Assembly (NCBI GenBank): GCA_008690995.1
Contig: VRMN01000001.1
Coordinates: 2,108,001-2,172,000, forward strand
Length of the DNA stretch: 64,000 nucleotides
Source: Porphyridium purpureum
Lineage: Eukaryota
Reading direction: 5' to 3'
The translations under genes and the position numbers were made by a program. This document shows, piece after piece, positions 21,349 to 31,524 of this stretch (the stretch's first letter is position 1; each line of letters opens with the position of its first letter). Under the pieces are notes generated by a model. That model worked only from the letters and a program-made list of their open reading frames with translations, searched no databases and was not told where the DNA came from.

Positions 21349-23022
21349 TTAATTTTTGCAATCCTTTTCCCACAAGTCCTTAGCGTGTCTTAAATAGGGC
21401 TGAAGTGCCGATATGTTGACGCGGACGCCTAGTGCCTTGGCCCGACCGCGGTTTTGTGCATTCCAGATCTCATTCACGGCCATATGCTTTCCAAACTCTG
21501 CCTCAATCTCCGAGTCATCCAGTTCATTGTACCGCACGTGGGAGATGTCCATGGACCGGAAAATTCGCGGGTATGAGTCGTCCATGATACCGTACGGCAT
21601 AATCTCCAACACGACAGACTTACGCGGCTGGTAGATACTGTTTGCAAGTGCGGCGCCGTGTACACTGAGGAAAAAGGTCACCTGGTTGTAAAGCGCTATG
21701 TCCCAATCCACGCTATGCAGACGATCATCGCCCGGATGCACGGCGCCGTCGAGCGGGTCCGTAAAGGGATAAAGTGGGTCGAAGTAGCTCTGCATACCTT
21801 CCTCAAGCGATGCCGGGTCTGAGTCGTTGCACAGGTGGAAACCTGTAGCCTTACCGCGGCACGGTAAATTGGGCGTATCAAACACCTTCACGTCCACGCG
21901 GTCGGCTCCGCCAAACACCGCATGGACTGCGTCCACCAGCTCAGGCAAGTTCAGCCACTTGCGCGAGTACACGCGGCGCGACAGAAGCCACACGACAGGC
22001 TTTTTCAGTTGCACGTCCTTGCAATGCTCAAATAGCTTGCGCTTGGTTTTGCCATGCTTGGATATCATCTCGCGCAAGTACGTAAAATCTTCGACACGTA
22101 ATAGTCTCCAATCGTACATGATCATTTGCATCTTTTCAAAGCAATACAGGCTGGCCGCGGCTGGGTCAGAATAATGCGTCTCCAGCGACTGCACACCATT
22201 CGTACCCGCGAACATGTAGTTGGTCAACTTGACCTCAACATTCAGACCCTTCACATGCTTGTTTGAAAGCGTAGAGTTCTTCCACAAAATCGTCGTCGGT
22301 GGCAGTTTCATAGCGTCCCGGTGGCTTCTGGCACGATTGATGGCGGCCAAGAGAGGAAGTAACAAGAAGATGTGGTGCGCACCCGTCTGGTCGTTTGCAA
22401 AGTAGTCCGCGTACAAGAAGAGCCCCGGCACATTCTTCACTTTGCGGGACTTGGCGGACTTGAATCCCGGCTCCACGAGCGAAATGAACGCCGGCGCACG
22501 AACGGCGCCTTCGCTGAATTCATTCTTGATTGCCTTGAGGGTTTCAGTATCCTCCGTGACGAAGACTTTGTTGGTCGTATCGTAGCAGATGCCAGAGTAG
22601 TAACCCTGTTCGACGGGGGGACCGCGCATGTACTTTTCCAGGTTATCCGTGTCTGGAATTTGTGATTTCTCGTGCTTTTGCTGTGGGTTTAACGATGCTA
22701 GCGGTGGCGCTTGCTGTCCGCCAGCGTCTACTTCCGCGCTCCTTTCGTTTGCCACCACCTCGCCCTCCGGATGTGGCTCCGTCTGACGGTGAGCGCCAGG
22801 CTCTTCCCCTGGAACTGATCCATGATCGAAGTGAGCCACAGGTCCCACAGTGGGAGCTGCTGCCTGATCGGTCGAGACCTGAGCATGATTTCGGCGCCAC
22901 ATGACGAACCAGGCGACATTCAGCGCCGCGCCGATGAGCAGCGCACCCACCAGCATCTTAGTCCGATGTCTGCGCTGACGCGCATACTTTACCAGCCTCG
23001 ACGGCGTCCCTGTGTCCGCCAT
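21349..23022 (-). CDS. Glycosyltransferase family 61 (DUF563), type II membrane protein
   Basis: Single N-terminal TM segment (MLVGALLIGAALNVAWFVMW), a stem region, LSRRVYSRKWLNLPEL and the GT61 motif SVHGAALANSIY...VVLEIMPYG. Confidence 0.8.
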   Translation of the reverse strand: MADTGTPSRLVKYARQRRHRTKMLVGALLIGAALNVAWFVMWRRNHAQVSTDQAAAPTVGPVAHFDHGSVPGEEPGAHRQTEPHPEGEVVANERSAEVDAGGQQAPPLASLNPQQKHEKSQIPDTDNLEKYMRGPPVEQGYYSGICYDTTNKVFVTEDTETLKAIKNEFSEGAVRAPAFISLVEPGFKSAKSRKVKNVPGLFLYADYFANDQTGAHHIFLLLPLLAAINRARSHRDAMKLPPTTILWKNSTLSNKHVKGLNVEVKLTNYMFAGTNGVQSLETHYSDPAAASLYCFEKMQMIMYDWRLLRVEDFTYLREMISKHGKTKRKLFEHCKDVQLKKPVVWLLSRRVYSRKWLNLPELVDAVHAVFGGADRVDVKVFDTPNLPCRGKATGFHLCNDSDPASLEEGMQSYFDPLYPFTDPLDGAVHPGDDRLHSVDWDIALYNQVTFFLSVHGAALANSIYQPRKSVVLEIMPYGIMDDSYPRIFRSMDISHVRYNELDDSEIEAEFGKHMAVNEIWNAQNRGRAKALGVRVNISALQPYLRHAKDLWEKDCKN

Positions 23023-23531
23023 CCCTGACCACTCCTCCTGATCTGAGGGCGACGATAACCCCGAGCCGTTCCTGATCCCGTCATCGAGCGGCAACTTCTG
23101 TGGCCGCTTGCCCGCGCTCCTCGCTGGCAACGGCCGCCCGAGCGCTGTCGCCGGTAAGCCAGGCTCGCCTGAGCGCCGATTCTTCCACATCCACACCCTC
23201 AATCCCTGCACCTCTCCCCACCTTCCCCCTTCCCTCCCCCACTCACCCCACAAACGTCCTTCAAGCCGAGTCTCTACCAATTGCAAAGCCCTCTGTCGCC
23301 ATCTGCGGTTTGACCGCACACGCAAACACACGCGCCGCGCGTTCCCGCTTCGACTTATTTCGGGCGATTCTCTAGTAAAACATGCCCACTTTTATATGTA
23401 AAGCGAGAATCCAACCAGAAGTACAGTGACCACAGTACCGCTGTACAGCCGTGGTTGGACGAAGACCGTGCGGCTGCGTCGTGGTGGTGGTGAGTCTGCA
23501 TGGGCGTTATTGGATTGGCGTTGGCGACGGG

Positions 23532-24215
23532 ATGGAGGGGAAAGCAGTCGCTGGTGTGGACGGTTCGGAGTCCAGCCGCGGAGTCGTGTATGTGTCGCGC
23601 GTGCCGCCGAACTTTGGCCCGGCGCCGCTCCGCGCGCTGCTGGCCAAGCACGCCGACGTGCTGCGCGTGTTTCTGCAGGAGCACGACGAAGCAAAAGGCA
23701 CGGGCTCGCGGCGCGCGGCGTCAAGGATGAAGAAGCAGGCTAGGCGCGCGAGCTTCAAGCATGGGTGGGTCGAGTTTACGCGCAAGAAAGACGCAAAGCG
23801 AGTCGCGCTCCTGCTCAACAATACGCCCATGGGCGGCAAGCGCCGCGGCCGATATCACGACGACTTGTGGAACATCAAATACTTGCCCGGCTTCACGTGG
23901 AGTGACCTGGTGGACGATATGATCCAGGAGCGCAAGCGCAAGGCCCAACGTGTTAAATTCGAAATTGACCAGGCAGCCAAGGAGCGAGACTTTTATCTCT
24001 CGCGTCTCGACCAGGCGAAGGCCATCGAGAGCATGCAACAACGACGTGCGGCACGTGCCACCTCGGAAGGAGAATATGCGAAGCGCAGCGCGCGCACGGA
24101 GCGAGAACCAGAGCAGCGGCCAGGCCGCACATTTGACCACAAACAGGTCGATCGCGACGAGGCGCTTGAAAGAAGTCAAGTCGACCTGTCGTTGCTGCAG
24201 AAGCTTTTCTCATGA
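23532..24215 (+). CDS. ESF2: Pre-rRNA-processing protein ESF2/ABT1
   Basis: GVVYVSRVPP, GWVEF...AKRVALLLNNTPMGGKRR...DDLWNIKYLPGFTWSDL. Confidence 0.95.
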   Translation: MEGKAVAGVDGSESSRGVVYVSRVPPNFGPAPLRALLAKHADVLRVFLQEHDEAKGTGSRRAASRMKKQARRASFKHGWVEFTRKKDAKRVALLLNNTPMGGKRRGRYHDDLWNIKYLPGFTWSDLVDDMIQERKRKAQRVKFEIDQAAKERDFYLSRLDQAKAIESMQQRRAARATSEGEYAKRSARTEREPEQRPGRTFDHKQVDRDEALERSQVDLSLLQKLFS

Positions 24216-24386
24216 TTGCCTTTCCTGTGCGAGGACACACCATTAACTGGGCTCCACTGTGGCCAGCCTGGCACCCCCCATCGCGATACCGACATTCTGG
24301 AAGCAACGCCCAAAATTTACTTGGAAATTAGATACCACTTTTTGGAGCATGCAGAGTTGGCCACTTGCACCGCATTATGGAGCAAA

Positions 24387-25475
24387 CTAGGGCTTGATTT
24401 CCGCGGTTTCGACCGGGCGCTTCTCGAGCAGCGACTTTTTGGCCGCCAGTGCGAGCACCATAGCCGCGCGGCCGTCATACCCAGTACTCTTGGGCTCGGT
24501 GTTGTTCAGGACGCAGTTCACAAACTCAATGGTTTCGTTGCGGTATGCATCCATGTAGCGGTCCATGAAAAAGTTGAGCGGGAGGTCGGCGCGCCGCACC
24601 GAGCTATTGTCGGCAATTTCAACAATGGATGGGTAGTTGTTGCCGAACGAGACCTGGCCTTTGGTACCAAAGACCTCAACGCGCTGATCGTATCCCTGTG
24701 GCGACTGGCGGCAGTTGTCTACCGTTCCGAAAGCACCGTTCTCAAACTCGAGCACCGTGAGCGCCGTGTCAATATCGCCGCCTTTCGTGCCGATCTCTGG
24801 GTTGATTCGGCACGCTCCGTACGCCGTGATGCGCTTACACTCGCTCTTCATCATAAAGCGCGCCTGGTCAAAGTCATGGATGGCCATATCATTGTGCAGG
24901 CCGCCCGATTTCAGGATATAGTCTACTGGCGGAGGCGCCGGGTCGCGTGAGGTCAAGTGAAAGATGAGCGGGTCACCCACCACGCCGTCGTCAATCGCCT
25001 TGCGGCAGCGCGCAAAGTTGGGGTCGTAGCGGCGCTGGAACGCCATCATGAGCTTCACGCCTTCGCCCTCCACGACCTTGAGCACCTCGTCGACATCGGC
25101 GAGCGACGTGGCCATGGGCTTTTCGCAAAAGATCGCCTTGCCCTTCTTCGCGGCGGCGATGATCTGCTCCTTGTGCAGCGACGAGGGCGAGCAGATCCAG
25201 ACGGCCTGGATCGAATCGTCGTTGATGATCTCCATGTAGTCCTGCCCCGCGTGTTCAATGCCGTACTTGGCAGCGGTCTTCTTGGCGACATCCTCGAAGT
25301 AGTCCACAATACGCACCGCCTTGGCCTGCGGACAGCTGAACGCCAGCGTCTCGGCGTGCACCTGCCCAATGCGGCCGGCGCCGATGATCCCGACTCGCAA
25401 CTGCCCGGCGGCCGCGGCCGAATACGCGCGCGCGCCTGCCGCGCGCAGCGCTTTCATTCCCCGATCGATGATCAT
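24387..25475 (-). CDS. iolG: Myo-inositol 2-dehydrogenase-like Gfo/Idh/MocA oxidoreductase
   Basis: IGAGRIGQVHA, IFCEKP, FQRRYDPNF, TSRDPAPP, DMAIHDFD, GYDQRVEVFG and FFMDRYMDAY, with a mitochondrial-like leader MKALRAAGARAYS. Confidence 0.88.
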   Translation of the reverse strand: MIIDRGMKALRAAGARAYSAAAAGQLRVGIIGAGRIGQVHAETLAFSCPQAKAVRIVDYFEDVAKKTAAKYGIEHAGQDYMEIINDDSIQAVWICSPSSLHKEQIIAAAKKGKAIFCEKPMATSLADVDEVLKVVEGEGVKLMMAFQRRYDPNFARCRKAIDDGVVGDPLIFHLTSRDPAPPPVDYILKSGGLHNDMAIHDFDQARFMMKSECKRITAYGACRINPEIGTKGGDIDTALTVLEFENGAFGTVDNCRQSPQGYDQRVEVFGTKGQVSFGNNYPSIVEIADNSSVRRADLPLNFFMDRYMDAYRNETIEFVNCVLNNTEPKSTGYDGRAAMVLALAAKKSLLEKRPVETAEIKP

Positions 25476-27551
25476 TCTTCTTTGCTATACCCGCAGATAT
25501 CGCCTTCCCCACCAACCTCAATCGTCTCCTCGACCGTCCGATTGCTAGCCCTTCTCGCGTGTAGCCACGCACCCGACCGGTTCTCGTGCGGCAGAATCTC
25601 AAATCGCAAAATCACTCATTCACCCTGTTTGTCTATGCGGTTTCGGTGTCCTGTGCTGCTCGGGATGACAAAGGAATACACAACCAGATACCCAGCCACT
25701 GCTCACGCAGCGGGCGCGCGCGGCAGCTGCGTCCTGGATTGACGGCTGTCATGAACGGGTCGTGCAAGCACGGCAATGATCGCCTCTCGCACCTGCAGAG
25801 GCTTCTCAGAGCTTACGTGTTAGCAGACTGCGCCGAGCAGGTCGCTTGCTCGAGGCTCGGCCGTTGAACGTCACCGGCTGGGCGGGATCAGATCGTGCCG
25901 CATTTGGGTGCGTTGCATTTGTCGAGTGTGATTGAAAGGAGCAGAGACTTGAGCTGTTGCGCGAGGAGCCGCAGTCACGTTGTGCGCCCATGTGGGCCAT
26001 GTTCGTTCGAGGACGAAAAGCGCTCGCCGGGGTTTTCTCGGACTCGTGCGATCCTCTCTCGAATGCGGGTGGACAGTGAGCTCCCAACAAATGGCCACGA
26101 CTTCTGCACAGCCAAGCTGGGAGCACTGATCTCCGAAGGTCATGCGTGCTTGATACGCAGAGCTGTGAATGCTAGTTTCGTTCGTCGAGCTTGTCCCCCC
26201 GCCTTTATGGTGTTAGCAGAAACATCACGGGGAAGGAAAAAAGCGTTCTCGCTGGCCCGTTCCATGGTATGCTCGGCCTTTGCCATTGTCAGCCCAGGCC
26301 CAGGCCCGAATCAATCAAGTACCCGAGTCAAGCTCGAAACCAAGTTACGGGGGATCGGTGTGTGGGAGGATGCGGGGTTCACGTCGACAAACCCGCATGC
26401 GCGTAATCCGGCGCATTTCTGCACACCCCTTGACGCCGAAGGCGACGCGCGACAGATTAAGAAGAAGTGGAAAGACGTGATGCTACATCTGACGGGACAC
26501 TTCCTCGGAACCACCGATCGTGAGGGAAAGCCAGTCACTCGGTTGGACTGCGAGCGGTCGCAGCCACCGCCGGGCATATTCCATGTGAATCTGAGACCGT
26601 CGAGCAACGCCGCCCCGCTCAAGCTCTGCCCTAACCAAATATAGACTGCTACTGCTGGGGAAAGGGGTGCGCGCAGATAATCCACGTGAACGGGCGCGGC
26701 AAGCTGGGTTGTAGCTCATGAATTGGTTACAAGATTTTCGAGTGGTCCCCCCAAGCATCTGCTGCTTCCAACTTGAAGCTCATTAACTGTTCACAACAAA
26801 ACAAAGTCGAATCTTCGCACCCAGAACCTCGCGCTCCGAACCCTCCTAATTTCCAGGCCGCCCAATAGAATACCGTTTGCCTTCCAAACACGCCCGTATC
26901 CGTATCTTCATCCTGTTTGTGACGCGCGACTGCGACGTGAATTTCTCCGTGTACAGCTGGTGTTCCACACGCACCCCCAAAATCAAAGAAACGGCGTGCC
27001 TTGGAATCCGCCTAAAATCAAGTGTCATGCCAAAATCAACAAATACGAAGAAGAATAATTTCGATGATGATGGCAGACTACAAAAATAACTCCACCGTTT
27101 CGGCCTCCAACACAAGACGTTTTTGTTTGGTTGTCCACTTGGGGAATAGAAAGGGGCGTGGTCGAATTCAATAGCGCGCGCTGCGCAGGACGTGTTGTCA
27201 TTCGCTCGTTCGATTCCCCCCGCCCCCCTTTGGCATTCGCTGTTTCTCACCGCACGCCGTGCCATCGCCCTTGGTCTGTCCCTTGGCAGCTTGTGCGTAC
27301 GAGGCGTTAGAGGACACCTGGGTAATGCCGTTCCACAATCCATGCGCCAGTCGCTCCATTTGTGCGCTTCGGCCAATGCCATGTTGCACTTCTCATTGCG
27401 TCGACACCTGGCACGGCAGGTCAGATGATAAAAAGACCCCGTTGGCACGACAAGAGTTTGCATGCGGTTGAGGAAGACGACGAACGCTGCTGCCGCTGCT
27501 GCTTGGGAAGGTGCCACTAGGTAGGCTGGAACACGAGCGAAGAGAGACAAG

Positions 27552-28073
27552 ATGCCTATCGCGGATGCCTTGGTGGGCCGCCGAGGCCCGTACCAGGATC
27601 AGATGACCGAGGCCAACACGCGCATGAACCGCTCCTGCCTGACGACGAACGACTGGCTGCTCATGACCAACATCGACGATGACTTGATGTTGAGCACAAA
27701 ATCGCTACCGTTCTTGGCGCTGCACACCGAGGACGACGCCGCAACCTTCTGGTGGATGGATAACGACAGCGAGAACCAGCGGCAAGATCAGCAGCAAGAG
27801 CTGCAGAAGAGCAGCGATGAGAGCCAGAGCCCAAAGAGCTTGTGCAGTCTTGGCAGCATCCCTGTGCTCACAGAGAGGGACCTCGACGGCAGCAATCTCA
27901 GCAGCGGTACCCCCAGCAGCGGCTCGGAAATGGTTCGTAGCAGGTCATCTCCGGCACGCGTCAACTTTCACCCGCGCGTCAAGGTCGTCATGTTCCGAAA
28001 ACCGGAGGAAGAAAAGAGAAGTCTTGCGTCCAGGTGGCTACCTTCCAAAATTCCGGGACCCGGGTCGCTCTAG
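27552..28073 (+). CDS. Small unstructured protein with a C-terminal RVxF motif
   Basis: 173-aa ATG-initiated ORF with coding-like codon use, Q/S-rich, containing RVNFHPRVKVV. Confidence 0.55.
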   Translation: MPIADALVGRRGPYQDQMTEANTRMNRSCLTTNDWLLMTNIDDDLMLSTKSLPFLALHTEDDAATFWWMDNDSENQRQDQQQELQKSSDESQSPKSLCSLGSIPVLTERDLDGSNLSSGTPSSGSEMVRSRSSPARVNFHPRVKVVMFRKPEEEKRSLASRWLPSKIPGPGSL

Positions 28074-31000
28074 TGGGAAAAGGAAAGCGCTTGAAGGCGT
28101 CAGAATTTGACCTGACTTGCTCTGGTGCCTACTTGCTCTCCCCCTCTGTTTTGAAGATCTTGCGAGGGTGCACGTGGGAAAGAAGCCAGTTTGTGTGCTG
28201 TTGTCAGTGCGCTTGTTTGTTCCGAGGAGGATGACTTCCATGCCATCGTGAGATTGATTGAGCTGTCGTCCAAGCGTGAGCTCTCCTGTAATTATTGAAA
28301 TGAAAGAAACGCTTTTTTGATACGACGTGCACGCCTCGCCTTCGTCCTCGTGGAAGTAGTGCTTGAGCGGCTTCCGAGCCAGTCTCATAGAGGCAGGGAC
28401 CGGACGCATGGCTGGTAGAGCGGTTGGGTACCCGTCACTCGCTAAAGGTCACATCACCAAGGCACAAAGTCTGTCAGGCTGCTCTGCGAAATTGCAGGAT
28501 TGACAGGATTGACTCTTCCTTCGAGTTTGGGATTTGAGAGCCCTGTGGCGTCAGAATAATCATGTTGGCCACGATGTTACGGTGCGCGGATTGTTATGAC
28601 GATCAACCTCGCACGGGGTGCTACGAATCCATTGAGGACAACAAGCTCGGTGCCTTCGAGTGACCCAAAAGTAAATGCGACCGTGACGTTTGGCGGTCGT
28701 GATTTTCGCGGGAAGTGAGCGAGCTAGAGAGCCATTAGAATATGGACAAAGGCTAGTGTGAGAGCAATGTACTGGCACCTGCCGCGTCGGCACCAGAAGA
28801 GAAAGCCGACATCTCGGCCGTCGAGCATCCATTGCATTCGCCAGTGGGCCTGAGTGACATGGACCAAATCGGCGTGCAAAGTCAGAGTCACATAACGGCG
28901 TTCAATGAGCGGGAAAGTGTTTCGCATGACGAGGGTGTGCCGCCTGTGTCTCGATACGTACCGATACAAGACGCAATGGGAAAGCCAAATTTCAAGACGC
29001 AAGTGCATTTGCTGCGCCCGGCCGAGCGCTTTGACGGCGGAAATGCAGGTCGAGATCCGCGCCGTGGTTCCAATCCGGATCCCGCAAGCTCCAAAGTCGT
29101 TTCTGACGCAGATTTAGGAGCCTCCGGTAATAACGGTACACATGCTCGCGAACGCGCCCGTGGGGCTAGGGTCACCTGGAGCTCTGTGCTGCGTCGAAAG
29201 GATCCTGAAGTACTTTAGCCAGCCCACCGCAAGCCATACACACTCATTGCTCACTCTATTCCTCCTGATCCTGGGCTGACCAAGACATGAGCTGTCAAGC
29301 TCATGACGAACAGGGGAACCGATGCAAGTGCTCAAGACTTGGATTTATATATTGACGGCCTTGCTCACGCACGCCAGCGCGAGCAGGACCTAGGCGAAGC
29401 ATCGCACTTTCTGCTCCGGCGCGCGAGTTCGCTTTCTCGCGAAGCGCTGGTTACGGGCGATCCAGACTTGACTTATTCGAATGCATGGCGGCTGGGTATG
29501 TCGGCTCCAAAGCCACCAAGCAGGTTCTCGCGGAAGAGTGAGAATATGTGCATTTTGAGTACTGATTGTGCTCCTGGCGTCACGACGCCGACGAATGTGC
29601 TGGTTTGATTTTGCGTCAACGTTCAGCTTGGTCGAAACAATGTATGGGACAAATGGCCCCGGTGTGCTATCCATGGAAACCAAACTCGAATATGTGCACC
29701 CACCCAGGCTCCGACCAATCAACCGGTACTGAAAGCAGGACGTCGCAACAATACATCTTGCTGTTGAGCAGTTCTGGAAAGAGAACGAGACGCGCGCGGA
29801 CCGCAGCTTTCTTGGCGTGTTCGAGTAGGAATCTTGGCCACCGGCTCTAGTGGGTTAGAGCCGGTGCGAGGCATGAGGCTGGCAAAGCTGACATTTACAA
29901 CCGGGTGACGAGTGGCCGAACTTGGTGTCGTTCAGCAGCATAAGAGCGACAGTGGTGGTATCAACGGCGTGACTGACAGTCAGCCAATGAGCGCACTATT
30001 CGTGCCGAGCTCTTTTCGATTAAAATCCCTCTAAAAGGCTGCGGAGCGCTACGGTGTGTGTTGCATATAATTCGGCTGAGCGCGCTGGTGCGGTGGCTGT
30101 TTGCCGACGTTCGGACCTGCTGTGCACATTATTATGCGTGCACCGGTGTTTGCGGCGTTCCGGCGCATCCCCAACAAGAAGATCGCGTTGCAGTGCTCGA
30201 ACGCGTACCACTACGCCACATCGTTTACGCGCGAGTGCGAGGCGGTGGACAAGATAGGGCAAGGTCGCGGGTGCTTACGACGACTCCCCTCTTCGATCGA
30301 GGCCTACGGTGTGCTCGACTCGGCGACAGAGCCGGACGGTGTCGCCATACTGTAGCGGACTAGGAGGATGATGGGTAAGCTAGCAGATTTTAAAGACTCT
30401 CGCTGATAGATCAATGATGTTCTAGCCGCTCGCGACTGGTCAGAATATTGGCATCCCCGGATACCCGCTGCCATCACTTCGAACATAGCGAGGGCTGCAC
30501 AATTTTCCTCTTGGCCATCTCGACACGCATGTCATACGCCGCATGATTTTCGTCTCTTCTAGAATGTTCTGCACGCTGCGTGCCACGCCCTACCCAGACC
30601 AAGCGATGCCTATGGCCATTCGGTTTCAGCTACCTCGTGAACCGCTCGGGATTCAAACCATTACAAAACATACACCTTCCAGGGCATGACGTGCGACTGC
30701 GAACGGGCACAAAGCGCCTGTAGCGGTGAGGAGGAGGCGCAGGAGGAGAAACGGAGAAACTTGGAACGGACAACAAGCAAAGGCACCACATGACATGGCA
30801 CTGTTCTGGCCATCCATACCATCCACGGCTTTTTGGTGCTGCGTCAGACACGCCCGCGCGATGCGCACTGACAAGAAAACGTTTCCGGTATGAAAAACCG
30901 ACGATTCGGCGTGCTTCGTGCACCCGGCCTTGAAGATTTTTGTTGCTTTTTTGGGGCGGCGCGGTTTTCCACCACAAAATCCGGTGTTTCTATGAAATCC

Positions 31001-31219
31001 GGCGCGTTGGAGCAGATTCCAGGCGCTTAATGCAGCTGGAAAGATCTGCACGCTGCACCACACGTGTGTGTTGTGCATGTGCACGCCGGTGAGTATCACC
31101 GGATAGTGGTGGTTTCGTCCTTCGACACGGTCGGGTGGTTGTAGTGTATGTGGTGGGACTAGCCGGTTTGGACGCTTGTGAGAGGGACACATACGCGGTT
31201 GTGTTGGATGCGGATGTTC

Positions 31220-31245
31220 GTGTGTGTGTGTGTGTGTGTGTGTGT
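31220..31245. repeat. (GT)n microsatellite
   Basis: Read directly. A (GA)n tract also lies at about 31410-31425 in the same B-box gene leader. Confidence 0.9.
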
Positions 31246-31524
31246 GGAAGAACGTGGATGGCTGTAGCCAGGATTATTGATGGTGTTGGCGGATAGCACG
31301 TCATAAAGAGCGCCGCGCACGACGCGTAACAAAGTTTGAAAGGTGGTCGGATACCTGTGAGATTCCCGTGCAAGGCGCGGACGTGGTGTGGAGAGATACA
31401 GATTGTCGGGGAGAGAGAGAGAGAGACGTTCATACCGTGAGAAGAGGACGGAGCGTTGTGGAGAAGGTTTGGGATGAAGAGTGAGCGCAGGTTGCGGACT
31501 GGAGAAGCAGACGTGTGTCATTAA

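Noticed and set aside
24216..25742. Long + strand ORFs over iolG
   Set aside because: They are antisense artefacts of codon bias.
25895..27550. 249-aa and 234-aa ORFs
   Set aside because: They have no motifs and weak coding-like composition, so I could not support them as genes.
29956..29968. TGGTATCA resembling a tRNA-iMet primer-binding site
   Set aside because: It is not preceded by an LTR CA end and no second LTR was found; probably chance.
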